Positions 53,481-64,000 of a DNA stretch of 64,000 bases are shown here, piece after piece. The notes below the pieces were generated by a model. It was not told the DNA's origin. It did no database searches and was given only the letters and a program-made list of their open reading frames with translations. The stretch comes from the human T2T-CHM13v2.0 reference genome, Homo sapiens. The position numbers were made by a program, and so were the translations under genes. The stretch lies in assembly GCF_009914755.1 (NCBI RefSeq), contig NC_060947.1; one strand, written 5' to 3'. Each line of letters begins with the position of its first letter. Position 1 is the stretch's first letter.

Positions 53481-54878
53481 TGTGCATCATCTGAAAGAAA
53501 CTATAACAAATGCCCATTATCAGATGCTCATATTTTCTCATTCAGTTGTCTCAAAATCTCATTTAGGCATTAGATAAACACAGTTGTCTCATATTCATTC
53601 AGATGTCAAAATAACACATTGTCTGTTACACCCAAATTCAGATATAGAATGGCTTATTCATTCACTTCTGCTTTTAGCTCAGAGATGTAGCAGGCTGGAA
53701 AGAGCATTGTTTCCATAATTTCAGCAAGAAAAAACCATACAGACTGCAAGTTAACCAATCTTGAACTCATTAGAAAACAGAGCAAAAAGCTAACTCAAAA
53801 TTTGGAGAGAGATAAAAGCCTATAGAAAGAACCAGTACCACAGTATCTGCTTACCTAATGCACATGTCATCACGTTATCATATAAGATGGTAGGGAGAAT
53901 TAACTGGAAAGTTTAATGAACTGCTAAAGGCCCAGTATGGACAAGATTGAGAATGTGAGACCCCTGGAGGCATAGAAAGCCCACACTTTTAGTGGACTTT
54001 TCTTCAAGGAATCTGACCTAGCTCTTAGAAGAAAGATTAGCAAGTAACCAGAAAAAACTCCCTCCTTGCTGCCGTCTCGGGGAAGGGAACAAGAGTCACT
54101 GCCAAATCCACCCAGACACACCTCCTTTAACTCCATTAGAGAAGAAAAAAGTTAATCTGCAGGGGAAGAGCCATCAATAGTGGTATGCTGAGGGCACTGA
54201 TGCAATCTCATTGCAACTGAGGAGGGAAACATAAGTCACCATCAAAACTGCTTAGACTCATCTCTCCAGTTCTCCTAAATAACAAAAGCTTTAATATGTG
54301 AGAAAGGGGGGACATCATGACAATAATTTGAGAACTCTTGTGGAAGCTCGCTGCAGACAGGGTAAGAAAATGGGGGAAGAACAAGGCTCTATTCCTTGGA
54401 GAGGTAAAGGAATACTTATTAAGCCAACCATTACATCTAAAGGAGAGACAGGAACAATTTTGAAGGCCACATCCTTGAGACCCAGGTATTCAGTGCCTGC
54501 CTAGCACTGGGGTTAAATCAAAAGCTCAAACACACTCATCTTGTCCACGCCAAACACCAAGCTAGCAAGTATAGAGTAACAATAATAGTGGAATACAGCT
54601 GGCAGTACTGCAAAATGCAGATTCATTATGAGGAGCAGCACAAGAGCTGAGAAAGAAAGGATATTACTAGAGGAATATTAAGGCTCTGGTACCAATAGCA
54701 ACAACAAAAAAATTAAACTGTGGTAACCAAAGCAACAATAATATTTAACTCTGGTAAACATCACAACAACAAACTTAAACTGTAGTCCAACTCTTGACTA
54801 CATTAACACAAACTTACACAGTAAAGGCCTAGAAGAGGGAAAGCCTGGCCATAACTGAGCATAAAAATATTTACTTCA

Positions 54879-61090
<6,212 letters not shown>

Positions 61091-61711
61091 ATATTTATTT
61101 CAGTATCTACTAACCTATACAACATGTGCAGATTGCAACAAATATTATAAGGCATAAAGTGAGGCAACAGAAATTAAGCCTGAAGAGAGACAAAGCAATC
61201 CTAAAAGCAAGTTCAGATGTGATTTAGACGTTGGAAATATCAGGCAGGGAATTCAAAACAACTACAATTAGTGTGTTAAAGTTTCCATTGGAAAAGGTAC
61301 GCAACATGAAAGATCAGATAGGCAATTAAGCAGACAGAGGCAAATTATAAAAAATAATAAAGAGATATTACAAATAAAACATACAGTAACAGAAATGAAG
61401 AATGCCTTCAACAGGATCAGCAGTAAACTCAAAACAGCTATGAAAGAACCAGTGAACTTCAATATAGGTCAAAAAATTATCTACTTTCAAATACCAAAAA
61501 AAAAAAAAGTGAAGAAAACAGAATAGGGCATCCAAGAGCTATAGGACAATATCAAACAATTTAATATATGTGCACTTCCATAAATAGAAGAAATAGAGAG
61601 TGGATCAGAATACATATTTGAAGAAATAATGGCCAAGAGTTATCTGAAATTAGTGACAGACACCAAGCCACAGATCCAAGAAGGCAGAGAGCATCAAGCA
61701 GTATAAATACC

Positions 61712-61712
<1 letters not shown>

Positions 61713-61751
<39 letters not shown>
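61713..61751 (+). repeat. (AC)19 microsatellite
   Basis: Uninterrupted dinucleotide run. Confidence 0.97.
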
Positions 61752-61753
<2 letters not shown>

Positions 61754-61997
61754 CATGCACACAACTAGGCATATAGTATTCAAAATTCTGAAAACCAAAG
61801 GAAAAGAGAACATCTTGAAGATAGTCATAGGAAAAAAAAGACATATTACCCACAAAGGAGAAATGATAAGATTTACAGCAGAATTATCATTGGAAAAAAT
61901 GCAAACAAGAAGGCAATTGACTGACATCTTCCATGAGTTGGAAAAAAAATTGCCAATCAAGTATGCTTTACCCAGCAAAACTATGCTTCAAAAATGA

Positions 61998-64000
61998 AGG
62001 CTGGGTGGTAGAGCCAAGACGGTTGACTAGACACAGCCAGGAAGAGCTTCCCCCACTGAAAGATTAGACCATCAAAAAGACAAGCACACTCCAAGCAGAT
62101 CTTCTGAAGTAAGGCATTGATGGTGGATAGAAGGAAGATGCAGACCCTGGGGTAAAGGGAGAGGAAACTGGGAACTCTGCATGAGGTTGCCAAACACTAG
62201 GACTCATTCCTGGCCTCAAGTGGCTCCTGGGGAAGAGGTGAGTAGGCATGGGGTGGCCTACTTTCACCATAAACTTTATGAATACTAGCTGCAGGAGATC
62301 TCATGACCTCCACGGACATTTGAGCTGTCAGGGAGAGCTGCTTGGAGAGCTAGCCAGGATGGGACTCCAGCCTGCATGGAGCCCAGAGGGTTTAGCATAG
62401 GAATGGCTGCAGTGGAGCATAGCCAGTGATGTCCATTTACCAAGGCTTACCATCCTCCTCTGGGTGGCTTTGGCCTTTGTTGACTGTCAAGTATGGACAG
62501 AACAGGGCTATCTTGCCTGTGAAATGGATCCAGTCAGATTTGAGCAGGCCACTCTTTGCTGGCCTCTCTCAGAGTACCTTCCTGGCCATGCCCACTTGAA
62601 GCACAGTCTCAGATGTTCAACTGGGGAGCATCCTGGTGGCTAATACCATAACTCCTTCATTGGCAGATCCCACCTAACCATTGCAGAGCTTCTGCAGATG
62701 ATCCCCTATAAGCATGCACCCACCCACAGGCTTCCCCCACTGCCTTGCCAGCATGTACTTGGCCACACCCTCTGCCTACCACTTTGCTGGCATGTATAAG
62801 CATGTGAACTTTGCTGCCTAGCCACTGCCAGCACAAGTGCATATACATGGTTCCTGCTTCTGCACCACATGTGCTGGTGCACGCACATGTGGACGCCACT
62901 GCCTTACGCCCACCCTGCCAGCACTGTTATGCATATGCCAGCATGGGCCTTGCCACCTCTATAAAATGATTTTGCCTGCATCCCCCATCAGAGTGTTGTT
63001 GCCAGTGGATCAGAAACATCTTGGCTCCTCCAATGCAACAGATGCTTAATTTTGAGGGGCCAGATAACAAAGCCATGGGCCTGGGCCCAGTCCTCTAGTG
63101 TTACAGCATGCAGCCCAGGAGTGCCGAGCTGAGTCTTGGCCCTCTGAAATCATCCAGAAATGAAGCTAGTGGACTGAATCCAACTTATACTAAAGTCAAG
63201 CCCTTAAGGACATCAAAGAATATAAAAGCAAAAAGCCCCATGCAAAAGACAGCAACTTCAAAGATTAAAAGAACATCAGATGAGAAAGAGCTGACATAAG
63301 AATCTGGCATCTCAAAAAACCAGAGTGTCTTCTTACCTCCAAATGACCACACTAGCTCTGGAGTCATGGTTCTTATCCAGGCTGAAATGGCAGAAATGAA
63401 AAGCATAGAATTCAGAATCTGGATGGCAATGAAGATCATCAACATTCAAAAGAAACTTGAAACCCAATCCAAGGAATCCAAGGAACCCAGTAAAATGATA
63501 CAAGAACTGAAAGGTGAAAGAAGCATTTTAAGAAAGAAGCAAACTGATCTGATAGAGATGAAAAGTTTACTACAAGAATTTTGTAATACAATCAGAAGTA
63601 TTAACAACAAAATAAACCAAACTGAAGAATCTCAGAGCTCAAAGACCAGTTCTTCAAATTGACTTAGACAAAAATACAGCAAAAAGAATAAAAAAGAATG
63701 AGCAAAAGAGACCAAACCTATGACTTATTTGTGTCCATGAAAGAAAGGGAAAGAGAACAAGCAACTTGGAAAACATAGCTGAGGATATTATCCATGAAAA
63801 TTTCCCCAACCTCACTAGAGAGGTCAACATTCAAATTCAGGAAATGTAGAGAAACCCTGCAAGATACTATACAAGACAACCATCCCCAAGACACGTAATC
63901 ATCAGATTCTCCAAGATGAACATGAAAGAAAAAATCTTAAAGGCAGCTAGAAAGAAGGGGCAGGTCATCTACAAAGGGAGCCCTGTCAGACTAACAGCAG
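61998..64000 (+). mobile_element. Older primate L1 (L1PA15-16/L1PB-like) 5'UTR and ORF1, continues past right edge
   Basis: GAGCCAAGACGGTTGACTAGA start; ORF1-like QAEMAEM..EFRIWMAMKII (63366..63662) and ENFPNL region. Confidence 0.8.

Overview
Primate (almost certainly human) genomic DNA from the X-linked MAGED4/MAGED4B locus. The first ~5.2 kb holds the 5' part of a MAGE-D4 gene on the minus strand. It comprises a CpG-rich promoter with NRF1-type sites, a probable non-coding first exon and eight coding exons whose GT/AG boundaries give one continuous reading frame; the 3' exons lie beyond the left edge. The remaining ~58 kb is almost all retrotransposon sequence: three full-length L1PA4-7 copies, a near-full-length L1PA13-like copy, truncated L1PA15/16-like and L1M pieces, Alus, MaLR and ERV1 LTRs, an ERVL internal remnant, L2/MIR fragments and microsatellites. 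No L1 has intact ORF1+ORF2. Repeat subfamily names are from recalled consensus diagnostics, not a database search. I see no convincing new biological system. The most interesting items are retrotransposition and recombination scars. (1) An L1PA2/3 insertion shows both a twin-priming inversion and a 3' transduction of an older L1 tail inside one TSD. (2) A TSD-less full-length L1 looks like a young-5'/old-3' chimera. (3) An L1PA4 has an open antisense ORF0 that reads out into flanking DNA. (4) An MLT2 LTR is inverted relative to the adjacent ERVL internal sequence.
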